This document shows, in pieces, positions 10,489 to 21,189 of a stretch of DNA of 64,000 bases. The stretch comes from an uncultured beta proteobacterium (GTDB lineage: Bacteria; Pseudomonadota; Gammaproteobacteria; Burkholderiales; Casimicrobiaceae): assembly GCA_963828045.1 (NCBI GenBank), contig CAWHCM010000002.1, positions 653,709 through 717,708 on the forward strand, written 5' to 3'. How positions within the stretch are numbered: position 1 is the stretch's first letter; each line of letters starts with the position of its first letter. The position numbers and the translations under genes were made by a program. Below the pieces are notes generated by a model. The model did not search any database. It worked only from the letters and a program-made list of their open reading frames with translations, and had not been told where the DNA came from.

Positions 10489-13278
10489 ATGCCCATGGCT
10501 TCGAACGACGACCGCCCTTCGCCGCACAACGCCGCTTCCGGCCATCCGCCACTGACCGCGGAAGAACAGCGGCTGGCTGCCGCGCGCGACGGCAAGGCGC
10601 CGTGGCGGATGTGGGGCCCCTACTTGAGCGAACGGCAATGGGGCACGGTGCGCGAGGATTACAGCGCGAATGGCGACGCCTGGAATTACCTGCCGCACGA
10701 TCACGCGCGCTCGCGCGCCTACCGGTGGGGCGAGGACGGCATCGCCGGCATCTGCGACAACCGCCAGCAGCTCTGCTTCGCGCTCGCACTGTGGAACGGC
10801 AAGGACCCGATCCTGAAGGAGCGGATGTTCGGCCTCACCGGCCCCGAGGGCAATCACGGCGAGGACGTCAAGGAATGCTACTTCTACCTCGACAACGTGC
10901 CGAGCCATGCGTACATGAAGTATCTGTACAAATATCCGCAGCGGGCCTATCCGTACTTGGATCTGGTGGAGACCAATCGCCGCCGCACGCGCGCCGATCC
11001 GGAATACGAACTGCTCGACACCGGCATCTTCGACGACGACCGCTACTTCGACCTGTTCGTCGAATATGCAAAGGCCGCGCCCGACGACATCCTGATCCGC
11101 ATCACGGCCTGCAACCGCGGCCCCGATCCCGCGCCGCTGCATCTGCTGCCTACGCTCTGGTTCAAGAACGTCTGGTCGTGGTACCCGGATACGCCGGGAC
11201 TGGTGATGCCGCGCATCGCCATCGCCGACGCCGCGCCCGGCGTGCGCGTGCTCAGGACGACGCATCGCCAGATGCCGCCGTATTTGCTCTATTGTGACAC
11301 GCCCGACGAGTGGCTCTTCACGGAAAACGATACGAACACCGAGCGCATCTTCGGCCGCCCCAATGTGCAGCCGTACGTCAAGGACGCGTTCGACAATTAC
11401 TTGGTGCACGACCGCAAGGACGCGGTGAACCCCGCGCACACGGGCACCAAGGCCGCCGCGCATTACCTTCGGCAGGTACCGGCCGGCGGGTCCGTCGTCG
11501 TGAAGCTTCGTCTGTGCACGGCCGGAAACCTGCCCGCGCCGCGGGGCACTCATTCAGACCCGGCGTTCGATGCGACGTTCGCGACGCGCAAGCACGAAGC
11601 GGATGCGTTCTACCATCGCGTCACGCCCTTCCCGCTGTCCGAGGACATGCGCAACGTCCAGCGCCAGGCGTTCGCGGGCATGCTGTGGAGCAAGCAGTAT
11701 TACCGCTACATGGTGAACCGCTGGCTCGACGGCGACAAGGCAGGCTTCAAGCCGCCGGAGGAGCGCAAGCAGGGCCGCAACCACACGTGGCGCCACTTTG
11801 CCGCCGGCGACGTGCTGTCGATGCCGGACAAATGGGAATACCCGTGGTTCGCCGCGTGGGACATGGCGTTCCATTGCGTCCCGCTCGCGATGATCGATCC
11901 CGATTTCGCGAAGGACCAGCTGCTCTTGCTGATGCGCGAGTGGTACATGCACCCGAACGGGCAAATCCCGGCCTACGAGTGGGCGTTCAGCGACGTGAAC
12001 CCGCCGGTGCACGCGTGGGCTGCGATCCGCGTCTATCAGATCGAGCACAAGATGTACGGCCGCCGCGACCGCGCGTTCCTGGAGAGGGTCTTCCAGAAAC
12101 TGCTGCTCAACTTCACGTGGTGGGTCAATCGCAAGGATGCCGAAGGCAACAATATTTTCGAGGGCGGCTTCCTGGGGCTCGACAACATCAGCGTCTTCGA
12201 CCGGACGTCCGGCCTGCCCACCGGGGGAAACCTGGAGCAGGCGGACGGCACGAGCTGGATGGCGATGTATTGCTTGAACCTGCTGGGCATCGCGCTCGAG
12301 CTCGCCAAGGAGGACGACGTCTACGAGGACATCGCCACCAAGTTCTTCGAGCACTTCGTGTACATCGGCGCAGCCGTGAACAGCATGGGCGGACGCGGGC
12401 TGTGGGAGGAAGACGACGGGTATTACTACGACGCGCTCAAGTTTCCCGACGGCCGCTGCATCCGCATCAACGTGCAGTCGATCGCCGGACTGATCCCGAT
12501 CTTCGCGATCGGCATTGGCGAGCAGAGGGGGGTCGCGGCGTTCCGCGATTTCGCGACGCGGCTCAACTGGTTCACGATGTACCGGCCGGACCTGCTCGCG
12601 GGCACGGCGGACATGACGCACCGCGGCGTGCACGGTCGCGTCCGCCTGGGCATCGTCGACTCGGCGAAGCTGCGGCGCATACTCGCCAAGGTGCTGGACG
12701 AGGAGGGGCTCCTGAGTCCGCATGGCGTGCGTTCGGTGTCGAAGCGCCATGCGGCGAACCCGTTTGTCCTTGCGTTGGACGGCCAGAAGTTCACGCTCGA
12801 CTACGCGCCGGCGGAATCCACGTCGGGCCTCTTCGGCGGCAATTCCAACTGGCGCGGTCCGGTGTGGTTCCCGCTCAACTTCCTTCTCATCGAGTCGCTG
12901 CAGAAGCACCACTACTATCTTGGGGACGCGTTCAAGGTCGAATTGCCCGCCGGGTCGGGCCATGAGGCAACACTCTGGGACGTGACCACGAACCTGTCGT
13001 GGCGCCTGATCAGCCTCTTTCTCAAGGACGAGACCGGCAAGCGGCCCGTCAACGGCAACCTGGCCAAGTATCAGACCGATCCCCACTGGCGCGACCTCGT
13101 CCTTTTCTACGAATACTTTCACGGCGATACCGGGTACGGTCTGGGCGCCGGCCATCAGACCGGGTGGACCGGCGTGGTCGCCAAACTCATCCACCAGTAC
13201 GCCGAGTACGCGCTGCAGGGGAAGCCGCCGGGGCTCACGCGCGAAGACGGCCTTGGCGCCTCGCACGTGTCGGGGTGA
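10489..13278 (+). CDS. GH63/MGH1-like glycoside hydrolase
   Basis: [41 protein letters not shown] and HQTGWT motifs. Confidence 0.88.
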   Translation: MPMASNDDRPSPHNAASGHPPLTAEEQRLAAARDGKAPWRMWGPYLSERQWGTVREDYSANGDAWNYLPHDHARSRAYRWGEDGIAGICDNRQQLCFALALWNGKDPILKERMFGLTGPEGNHGEDVKECYFYLDNVPSHAYMKYLYKYPQRAYPYLDLVETNRRRTRADPEYELLDTGIFDDDRYFDLFVEYAKAAPDDILIRITACNRGPDPAPLHLLPTLWFKNVWSWYPDTPGLVMPRIAIADAAPGVRVLRTTHRQMPPYLLYCDTPDEWLFTENDTNTERIFGRPNVQPYVKDAFDNYLVHDRKDAVNPAHTGTKAAAHYLRQVPAGGSVVVKLRLCTAGNLPAPRGTHSDPAFDATFATRKHEADAFYHRVTPFPLSEDMRNVQRQAFAGMLWSKQYYRYMVNRWLDGDKAGFKPPEERKQGRNHTWRHFAAGDVLSMPDKWEYPWFAAWDMAFHCVPLAMIDPDFAKDQLLLLMREWYMHPNGQIPAYEWAFSDVNPPVHAWAAIRVYQIEHKMYGRRDRAFLERVFQKLLLNFTWWVNRKDAEGNNIFEGGFLGLDNISVFDRTSGLPTGGNLEQADGTSWMAMYCLNLLGIALELAKEDDVYEDIATKFFEHFVYIGAAVNSMGGRGLWEEDDGYYYDALKFPDGRCIRINVQSIAGLIPIFAIGIGEQRGVAAFRDFATRLNWFTMYRPDLLAGTADMTHRGVHGRVRLGIVDSAKLRRILAKVLDEEGLLSPHGVRSVSKRHAANPFVLALDGQKFTLDYAPAESTSGLFGGNSNWRGPVWFPLNFLLIESLQKHHYYLGDAFKVELPAGSGHEATLWDVTTNLSWRLISLFLKDETGKRPVNGNLAKYQTDPHWRDLVLFYEYFHGDTGYGLGAGHQTGWTGVVAKLIHQYAEYALQGKPPGLTREDGLGASHVSG

Positions 13279-13285
13279 GCGCCTC

Positions 13286-15181
13286 GTGGATGCAGTGTCT
13301 CTGCAGGACGAGTGGCTCGAAAGCGACAGCAGCGGCGGCTTCGCGTCCGGCACGGTCGGCGGCTTCCGGACACGGCGCTACCACGCGCTGCTGCTCACGT
13401 CGCGGCATCCGCCGTCGGACCGCGTCGTCCTGGTCAACGGCGTGGAGGCGTGGCTCGATACGCCGCGCGGCAACTTCCCGCTCAGCACGCAGCATTACGC
13501 GCCGGATGTCTATCATCCGCGCGGCATCGACGCACTGACGACATTCACGCACGAGCCGTGGCCTCGCTGGACGTTCCGTGGACCCGGTGGCACAGACGTC
13601 ATCCATGAAATCATCGTCGATCGCGACGACGGAACCGTCCTGTTGCGCTGGTTTCTGGCGCACACCGCGCCGGGCATACGGCTGCAGGTGCGGCCGCTCC
13701 TTTCCGGGCGCGATTATCACGCGCTGATGCGCGAAAACAATGCCTTTCGTTTCGCCGCGCAAGTTGCAGGCAGCAACGCGACCTGGCGGCCCTATCCGGA
13801 CCTGCCGGCCATCTCCGCGCTGACCAATGGCGTCTATGCACACGAACCCGATTGGTACCGCAACTTCGACTACACGCAGGAGGCGGCACGCGGTCTCGAC
13901 CACATCGAGGACCTGGCCGCACCTGGCACGTTCACGTTCGAACTCTCGCAGCGCGAAGCCGTCATCCTGTTGCGCGCCGACGACCGCCTGGACGATGACG
14001 CGGAAACGCTCGCTGCGCGCGTACGCGCGCGGGAAGCGGCTCGGCGCAAGCCGCTGACGCCACTCGACCGCGCGGCCGAGTCGTACATCGTGCGCCGCGG
14101 CAGCGGCCACACGATCATCGCGGGATTCCCGTGGTTCACCGACTGGGGCCGCGACACGTTCATCGCTATGCGCGGTCTGGTCCTGGCTCGCCTTCGCTAC
14201 GATGTTGCCGCGTCGATCCTGCTCGCCTGGGCCGACGCCGTATCGGAAGGCATGCTGCCCAATCGCTTTCCCGACCACGGCAGCGAGCCCGAGTTCAACG
14301 CCGTCGACGCGTCGCTGTGGTTCGTCATCGTCGTCCACGAATTCCTCGCGGCCGCGCGTCCCGCGGCTTCGGTGCGCGCGCGGCTTGCCGGCGCGGTCGA
14401 AGCGATCCTCGACGGCTACGCGGCAGGAACGCGCTTCGGCATCCGGATGGACGACGACGGCCTTCTCGCGTGCGGCGTTCCAGGCTTGCAGCTCACGTGG
14501 ATGGACGCGCGCGTCGACGGCCACGAGATCACGCCGCGGATCGGCAAGCCGGTGGAAATTCAGGCGCTGTGGATCAACGCGCTGCGCGGCGCCGGTGGGC
14601 GTCACGCGGTGCTCGCGGAACGTGCGCAGGCGGCGTTCGCCGCTCGCTTCTGGAACGCCGCCGCCGGCGCGCTCTATGACGTGGTCGACGTCGACCACGT
14701 CGCAGGAACGGCGGACGCCCGGATGCGGCCGAACCAGATCCTTGCCGTCGGCGGGCTGCCCCACCGTCTCCTCGCCGGCGATCGGGCGAGCGCCGTCGTC
14801 GCGGCCGTCGAGCGCGACCTCGTCACGCCATTGGGATTGCGCACGCTGGCGCGCAGCGACCCGGCGTATCAGCCGCGCTGCGAAGGCGGCGTCGCGCAGC
14901 GCGACGGCGCCTATCATCAGGGCACGGCGTGGCCGTGGCTCATCGGTGCGTTCGTCGACGCGTGGCTCCACGTGAATGGTGACGACGGCGCGCACCGTTT
15001 CGAGGCGCGCCAGCGATTCCTCACCCCTCTGCTTTCCCATTTGCAGGTCGCAGGTCTAGGCCACGTGAGCGAAATCGTCGACGGCGATCCGCCGCACATG
15101 CCCCGTGGCTGTCCGTTCCAGGCCTGGTCGCTGGGCGAATTGATTCGGGCGCTGGCGCGCACCGCCTCTCCCGACACCTGA
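13286..15181 (+). CDS. amylo-alpha-1,6-glucosidase / glycogen debranching enzyme (GH133-like)
   Basis: EWLE..GGFASGT, RRYHALL, AGFPWFTDWGRDT, TWMDA, YHQGTAWPWL and QAWS motifs. GTG start at 13286 is inferred. Confidence 0.88.
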   Translation: MDAVSLQDEWLESDSSGGFASGTVGGFRTRRYHALLLTSRHPPSDRVVLVNGVEAWLDTPRGNFPLSTQHYAPDVYHPRGIDALTTFTHEPWPRWTFRGPGGTDVIHEIIVDRDDGTVLLRWFLAHTAPGIRLQVRPLLSGRDYHALMRENNAFRFAAQVAGSNATWRPYPDLPAISALTNGVYAHEPDWYRNFDYTQEAARGLDHIEDLAAPGTFTFELSQREAVILLRADDRLDDDAETLAARVRAREAARRKPLTPLDRAAESYIVRRGSGHTIIAGFPWFTDWGRDTFIAMRGLVLARLRYDVAASILLAWADAVSEGMLPNRFPDHGSEPEFNAVDASLWFVIVVHEFLAAARPAASVRARLAGAVEAILDGYAAGTRFGIRMDDDGLLACGVPGLQLTWMDARVDGHEITPRIGKPVEIQALWINALRGAGGRHAVLAERAQAAFAARFWNAAAGALYDVVDVDHVAGTADARMRPNQILAVGGLPHRLLAGDRASAVVAAVERDLVTPLGLRTLARSDPAYQPRCEGGVAQRDGAYHQGTAWPWLIGAFVDAWLHVNGDDGAHRFEARQRFLTPLLSHLQVAGLGHVSEIVDGDPPHMPRGCPFQAWSLGELIRALARTASPDT

Positions 15182-15256
15182 CCCCCATCTCCGATAATGG
15201 CGAAGGTCGATGGCCGCCGCGCACCCTCCTGCTGTCAGGTTTCCGTCAGGAGCGCT

Positions 15257-15298
15257 TTGACACCGATCAATGAGGGTGGCCGGAATTCTTTGTAGGCT
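15257..15298 (+). promoter_or_regulatory. FNR/CRP-family box plus -10 element (class II promoter geometry)
   Basis: TTGAC-ACCG-ATCAA at 15257-15270, one mismatch to TTGAT-N4-ATCAA. TAGGCT at 15293-15298 places the box centre at about -41.5. Confidence 0.65.
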
Positions 15299-15363
15299 TC
15301 GGGAGGCGTAATTGGTCTTAACGATGCGAGCCTGCCTGCGGGCTCGAGAAAGATGCCGCGAAC

Positions 15364-15987
15364 ATGAAGAAATGCCTCGCAATGATTGCCACAGCCGTGT
15401 GTCTGGTTTCACTGCCGGCCGCGGCGCAGATTTTTTCGTGGGATCCTCTGAAGGACGTGCAGGAGGCGTTGCCCGGAGGCGTGCCGAACGAAGGCAAGAT
15501 CATCCAGGCGCGGGAACAGGTGCGGGAAATGGCGCAGGATGCGCTGGCCACCCTGTACGAGACGGCGCCAGGCACCCGACGCGCCGTCGAAGGTGCGGCA
15601 GGCTATGCCGTGTTCAGCACCTTTGGCGTCAAGCTTTTCTTCGCCGGCGGTACGACGGGCAAGGGCTTGGTCGTCAACAAGCGTACCAGTCGCCAGACCT
15701 TCATGAAGATGTTGCAAGTGCAGGGCGGCCTGGGTTTTGGCGTGAATCAGAATCGTCTGATCTTCGTCTTCACCAACGAACAGGCGCTGCGGAACTTCAT
15801 CAATCAGGGTTGGGAATTCGGTGGTCAGGTCAACCTGTCCGCGATGGCGAGCGGTCAGGGAGGAATGTTCAGCGGCGCGGCCGCCGTGTCGCCTGGGGTG
15901 TACCTCTACCAACTGACACAGACCGGCCTTTCGGCGACTCTGACCGTCGGCGGGACGAAATTCTTCAAGGACCCCGATCTGAACTGA
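15364..15987 (+). CDS. secreted YSC84/SYLF-like protein
   Basis: Signal peptide; AAGYAVF, GGTTGKG, GGLGFG and GVYLYQLTQTGL motifs; paralog of 39368..39928. Confidence 0.75.
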   Translation: MKKCLAMIATAVCLVSLPAAAQIFSWDPLKDVQEALPGGVPNEGKIIQAREQVREMAQDALATLYETAPGTRRAVEGAAGYAVFSTFGVKLFFAGGTTGKGLVVNKRTSRQTFMKMLQVQGGLGFGVNQNRLIFVFTNEQALRNFINQGWEFGGQVNLSAMASGQGGMFSGAAAVSPGVYLYQLTQTGLSATLTVGGTKFFKDPDLN

Positions 15988-16070
15988 AATATTCGCGTCG
16001 CGGCACAAAGATCTGGCAGACACGCCGCAAAGGTTCGCGCGAAGATACTCGTAGAAATGGTGAGGATGTG

Positions 16071-16895
16071 ATGACGAATCAACTGCGTCTACGGATGCAG
16101 GCGTGTGCAGGCTTGACCGTGGCGGCGGCGCTTGCCGCGACACCCGTGCACGCCGAGTTGAGCGCTGAGGAACTCGCGAAGCTCGCGCAGAATCCGGTCG
16201 GCAACCTCATCAGCGTGCCGTTCCAGAACAACACCAACCTCAACTTCGGGCCGGAGAAGGGGACGCAGAACATCCTGAACATCCAGCCGGTGATCCCGAT
16301 CGAGGTCGACCCCGACTGGAACATCATCACGCGGACCATCGTGCCGGTGATCTGGATGCCCTCGCTCGGGCCCGACATGCCGGGCAAGAGCGGCATCGGC
16401 GACATCCAGCTGTCGGCCTTCCTGTCGCCGGCGAATCCGGGTGAATGGATCTGGGGTCTCGGCGCGATCACGCAATTTCCGACCAACAGCAATGAAGAGC
16501 TCGGCAACAAGAACTGGGGCCTCGGCCCGACCGCGGTGGTGCTGCACATCAAGCACGGCGACCCGTGGGTCTACGGCGTGCTGGTCAACAACATCTGGTC
16601 GCTCACCAGTGACAAGCAGGGCGGGGCCTACAACAACGGCCTCATCCAGCCGTTCCTGAACTACAACCTGCCCGACGGCCTGTACTTCACTTCCGGGCCG
16701 ATCCTGACGGTCAACTGGAAAGCGGACGGTGGACAGCAGTGGACGGTCCCCCTCGGGGGCGGCATCGGCAAGATCTTCCACTTCGGGAAGCTGCCGGTGA
16801 ACACGCAGTTGAGCGCGTATTACAACGTCGTGAAGCCCGATTTCGGCGCGAACTGGCAGATCCGGGCGCAGGTCCAGCTGATGTTTCCGAAATAA
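16071..16895 (+). CDS. putative outer-membrane beta-barrel (the family often labelled 'neuromedin U' in automated annotation)
   Basis: Signal peptide; LAKLAQNPVGNLISVPFQNN, LNIQPVIP and GIGDI motifs; amphipathic strands; ends QVQLMFPK. Confidence 0.75.
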   Translation: MTNQLRLRMQACAGLTVAAALAATPVHAELSAEELAKLAQNPVGNLISVPFQNNTNLNFGPEKGTQNILNIQPVIPIEVDPDWNIITRTIVPVIWMPSLGPDMPGKSGIGDIQLSAFLSPANPGEWIWGLGAITQFPTNSNEELGNKNWGLGPTAVVLHIKHGDPWVYGVLVNNIWSLTSDKQGGAYNNGLIQPFLNYNLPDGLYFTSGPILTVNWKADGGQQWTVPLGGGIGKIFHFGKLPVNTQLSAYYNVVKPDFGANWQIRAQVQLMFPK

Positions 16896-17121
16896 AGACA
16901 GGATGCCGGTGGCCGCTTTCGCGCAGAACGCGAACTCCATTGATTTGCTGCCAGCGCTGGCAAGCGGCGTGCCCGGGCCGGTAGAATTGGCGTCCCAGCG
17001 TTTGGTGGGCGCGGGTGCTGGCCGCCAAATCCGCGCGACATTTAGTTGTATGCCGATGGGAATGCAATAGCGTTCGCAACCGCGCACGGCGATTCGTGCG
17101 CGCACGATAGGGGATGGCACC

Positions 17122-19880
17122 ATGAATACCTCACACCGCTTGGCAATTGCGTTTGCCATGGTTTCGCTCGCTACACTGGGGGCGTGCGACCAGAAGGCGC
17201 CTGAACCCAAGAAGGCGGACGCGCCCGAGGCGGCGAAGAAGGCCGACGCGCCGAATGCGGCGAATGCGGCGAAGAAGGCGGCCGATGCCCCGGCCGCCGT
17301 GGCCGCCGTGGCGCCGGCGGCCGACCTGCAACCAAATCCCGAGCGCAACGCCTACTTTGGCGATGAACACATCCACACCAGCTGGTCGGTCGATGCTTGG
17401 GTGATGGGGAACCGCATCACCGGCCCGGCGGACGCGCTGAAGTACGCCCAGGGCGAGACGATCAAGCACCCGATGGGTTACGACATCAAGATCGACACGC
17501 CGATGGACTTCATGGGCGTTACCGACCACTCGGAGTATGTCGGCGTCACCCGGGAGGCCAACACCCCGGGGTCCTACGTGAGCAAGCTGCCCGAGGCGCA
17601 GCCCATGATCATGAAGGATCCGAACAGCAAGGAAGAGCAGAACCGGGTTTTCTCGTACCTGCTTTCGCTGGGCTCCAAGCGCGCCGGTGAAGGCGTTCAT
17701 GGACCCGAAGATCACCTCTACCGTGTGGAAGGAAAACGTCAAGATTGCCGACGAGCAAAACAAGCCCGGCAAGTTCACCGCGTTCTGCTCGTACGAGTGG
17801 ACGTCGATGCCGGGCAACCGCAACCTGCACCGCAACGTCTTCTTCAGGGCCTGCGACAAGGTGCCGGACTATCCCTTCAGCTCGCTCGACTCCACTCGCC
17901 CCACGGAACTGTGGAACTGGATGGACGCGCAGCGCAAGGCGGGCAACGAGCTCCTCGCGATCTCGCACAACGCGAACGTCAGCGACGGCTGGATGTATCC
18001 GATCGACGTCGACAACACCACCGGGCGGCCGATCGACGCCGCCTGGGCGGCCGCGCGCGACCGCAACGAGCGCCTGGTCGAGATCAAGCAGGGCAAGGGG
18101 CAGTCGGAGACCCACCCCCTGCTGTCGCCGAACGACGAGTTTGCCAGCTACGAGATGTATCGAAGCTCTTCTCGGCCTTCCGGCCAACGTCGGCCGCGTC
18201 GACCACGTCACGGGCAGCTACGCCCGCCAGGCCTACAAGGACGGCATCACCATGCAGGACGTCCGCGGCTACAACCCATACAAGTTCGGCATGGCCGCCG
18301 GCTCCGACTCGCACAATACCGGCAGCCCGTACCGCCACGACAACTTCTACGGTCTTCACGCCGATGCGGACGGGTCGCTCGAGCGGCGCTTCGCCGGCGT
18401 GCTCATCGGCGGCACGATGGACGTGCGGCTGGAGAATCCCGGCGGCCTGACCGGCGTGTGGGCGGAGGAGAACACGCGCGCCTCGATCTTCGACGCGATG
18501 TACCGCAAGGAGACCTTCGGCGTCAGCGGCCCGCACATCAAGGTTCGCCTCTTCGGCGGTTGGGGCTACAGCCAGGACATTCTGAAGGCTGGCGACTGGG
18601 TGAAGCAATCCTACGCCGGCGGGGTTCCCATGGGCGCCGACCTCAAGCCCATGCCGTCCGGGAAGGGCGCGGCCCCGGTGTTCGTGGTATGGGCGGTGAA
18701 GGATCCGTCCTCCGCCAACCTCGACCGCATCCAGGTCGTCAAGGGCTGGACGCAGAACGGCCAGAGTTTCGAGAAGGTCTTCGACGTCGTCTGGTCCGGC
18801 GACCGCAAGCCCGACAAATGGTCAGGCAAGGTTCCGCCAATCCAGAGCACGGTCGACCTGCAGAGCGCCACCTACACCAACAGCGTCGGCTCGGCGGAAT
18901 TGAAGACGGTGTGGTCGGATCCGGATTTCGACGCGAGCCTCCATGCGTTCTACTATGCCCGCGTGATCGAGATTCCGACGCCCCGGTGGACGCTGATCCA
19001 GGCCGTGAAGTCGGGGCTTCCTCCACCCGACGTCGTGCCGCTCACAGGGCAGGAACGCGCCTGGACCTCGCCGATCTGGTACACGCCGTCGGCCGACGCG
19101 CGCAAGAACGCGCCGGCGGGAATGACCGTCACCGACCTCAAGAAGAAGGGCGCCACGGCCCTCAATGACGCGCAGCTCAAGGCGCTCATCGTCGGCAAGG
19201 CCATGTGGCTGCAGAACAACGTCAGCGGCGAGCAGTTCAGCGCAAACTTCACGACGGATGGCAACGCGATCATTTTCCGCACCGGCTTCAATACCGCCGT
19301 GCCAAGTGGTTTTGGCAAGGTCGCGCTGGACGGCTACGAGGGAAACACCAGCCGCTACGCGATCGCGGACGGCAAGCTCACCACTTTCGTCTCGCAGGAC
19401 CCGTACTCGGTGACTGTCTACAAGCTCGGCAACACCTACTATGGCGCGCGCAGCAACGAGTTCGGCTTTGCCAACTACGAGATCATTCCGGCGCCGCAGA
19501 TCGCCATCAACCCGCTGAACGCGATCTCCAACCAGTTCTCGGTCGAGCTCAAGCTGACGGAAGAGCAGAGGAAGCAGATCGTTCCACTCCTCCAGCAGGA
19601 GTTGAAGCAGCTCGGCGAAATCAAGAAGAACGCCAGTCTCGGCGGCCCGGAGAAGGTGGAGGCGTTGCGGAAGCTCGGCGTCTCCTTCGACGAGAAGATC
19701 AAGCCGCTGCTCAACGCGGACCAGCAGCCGAAGTTCCAGGCCATGCGCGAAGAGTTTCGCCGGCGGCTCATCGAGAAAATGGCGAGCGAGGCCGGAACCA
19801 AGGTCGCGGGGGCGGTCAAGGAGGACCTCGAGGAGTTGAAGCAAAGGGCGGAGGGGGCGTTGATGGGGTACGGACGTTAA
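17122..19880 (+). CDS. DUF3604-family PHP-like lipoprotein with a C-terminal extension (two +1 frameshifts, ~17680 and ~18160)
   Basis: Stitched from three overlapping ORFs: lipobox LGAC, FGDEHIHTSWS, TDHSEY, YEWTS, NLHRNV, SHNAN, GSDSH, QERAWTSPIWY. Span 2759 bp = 919 codons + 2 nt. Confidence 0.8.
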
Positions 19881-19906
19881 GGCAGCATCTTCGAAGGTAG
19901 AACCGG

Positions 19907-21130
19907 ATGCCCGAGGAGCGTTGCAGCGGTGGTCGGCCCCAGCCCATTGAGGCCGATGGGGACCGGAGTTCTGCGCCGAGAAATCCGGTCCGGCGCGCGC
20001 GGCCAGTGATCCGGGCCTTGTTCGCGGGAGCGTGGTTGTGCATGAGCGTGTCGGCAATCGCGTGTCCGCTGTGCATGGGCGCGTTCCAGCAGTCCAAGGC
20101 GCAGGAACTCATCAGCGCGCCGCATGCGGTGCTGGCCGTACCGACGGCCGACCCGAGTCGATTCCGGGTCATCGAAGTCGTCAAGGGCGAGCGCCCGGCG
20201 AGCGGCACGATCGAGGGCGGCTACCCCCGCAATGGCCCTGCGCTCGCTGTTGCGGATGCGACGGTTGGCAAGACATTGCTGCTCGTTCGCGACGATCTCT
20301 TTCCGACGTGGACCATCCTCGGCACGATCGGCGCCGATCATCTGGCGTGGCTACGAAAGCTCGCGGCGGGAAAACCCGCGGTGGAAATGAGCCCGGAGGA
20401 CTGGCGTGCTCGCCTCGCGCTCGTGCTCCCCTATCTCGAGGGTCGCGAGCCCTTGGCGGCGGAGATCGCGTACGGCGAGTTCGCGGCCGCGCCCTATTCC
20501 GCATTGCGGACGCTGAAATCGCACCTCGACGCGCCTGCGATCCGCCGGTGGGTCGCGGATCCGCAGCGCCTTGCGCGCCAGCCAATGTATCTCCTGCTGC
20601 TGGGGATCGCCGGCAATGCACATGACGCCGCCGGCCTCGAGCAGCGCCTCGACGCGGCGTGGACGTCGGGCGATGCGACCAACGTCGGGCCGATGATCGC
20701 CGCCGATCTGGAGCTCCGGGGACCGGCGCGCATGGCGTGGGTGGACGAGAGGTACATGCGCGATCAGCGGCGCTCGACCCGCGAGCTCGAAGCAGCGCTG
20801 CTTGCGCTGTCCGTGCACGGGAATGCGAATGCCGCGGTTCCGCGGGCACGCGTGATCCAGTCGTATCGCCTGTTCATGCGGGAGCGCCAGGACCTGGCCG
20901 GTTTCGTGGCGCAGGATCTCGCGGCGTGGCAGTACTGGGACGCGGTGCCCGAGTACGTGGCGCTCATGAAATCCGGGGCCCAGCAGCAATACCCTTCCCG
21001 CATTGCGATCGTCGCCTATCTGCGGCAATACCCGAATGCGGGCGCGATCGACCTGCCGCTTCCGGCCGGCGCCGAACCGCCGGCGGGCGCGGCACGCGCG
21101 GCGAGCGCGGTGGGCGCCCCGCCCAAGTAG
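19907..21130 (+). CDS. hypothetical exported protein with N-terminal CxxC and a helical repeat-like body
   Basis: Hydrophobic leader ending AIA-CPLC; true start may be GTG 20006; sits in operon context. Confidence 0.7.
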   Translation: MPEERCSGGRPQPIEADGDRSSAPRNPVRRARPVIRALFAGAWLCMSVSAIACPLCMGAFQQSKAQELISAPHAVLAVPTADPSRFRVIEVVKGERPASGTIEGGYPRNGPALAVADATVGKTLLLVRDDLFPTWTILGTIGADHLAWLRKLAAGKPAVEMSPEDWRARLALVLPYLEGREPLAAEIAYGEFAAAPYSALRTLKSHLDAPAIRRWVADPQRLARQPMYLLLLGIAGNAHDAAGLEQRLDAAWTSGDATNVGPMIAADLELRGPARMAWVDERYMRDQRRSTRELEAALLALSVHGNANAAVPRARVIQSYRLFMRERQDLAGFVAQDLAAWQYWDAVPEYVALMKSGAQQQYPSRIAIVAYLRQYPNAGAIDLPLPAGAEPPAGAARAASAVGAPPK

Positions 21131-21189
21131 CGGCCTAAATCATTCAACCCAGGCCGCGCCGCGCGAAGCGTCGTATGCCTGTTCCGATC

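Noticed and set aside
16958-16972. Sigma54-like motif TGGCAAG-CGGC-GTGC upstream of DUF3604
   Set aside because: GG/GC spacing fits, but the -12 element is GTGC rather than TTGC, and such matches are common in GC-rich DNA.
17122-19880. Three separate genes or programmed recoding in DUF3604
   Set aside because: The family motifs run continuously across the two +1 shifts, and no slippery sequence or stimulator is visible.
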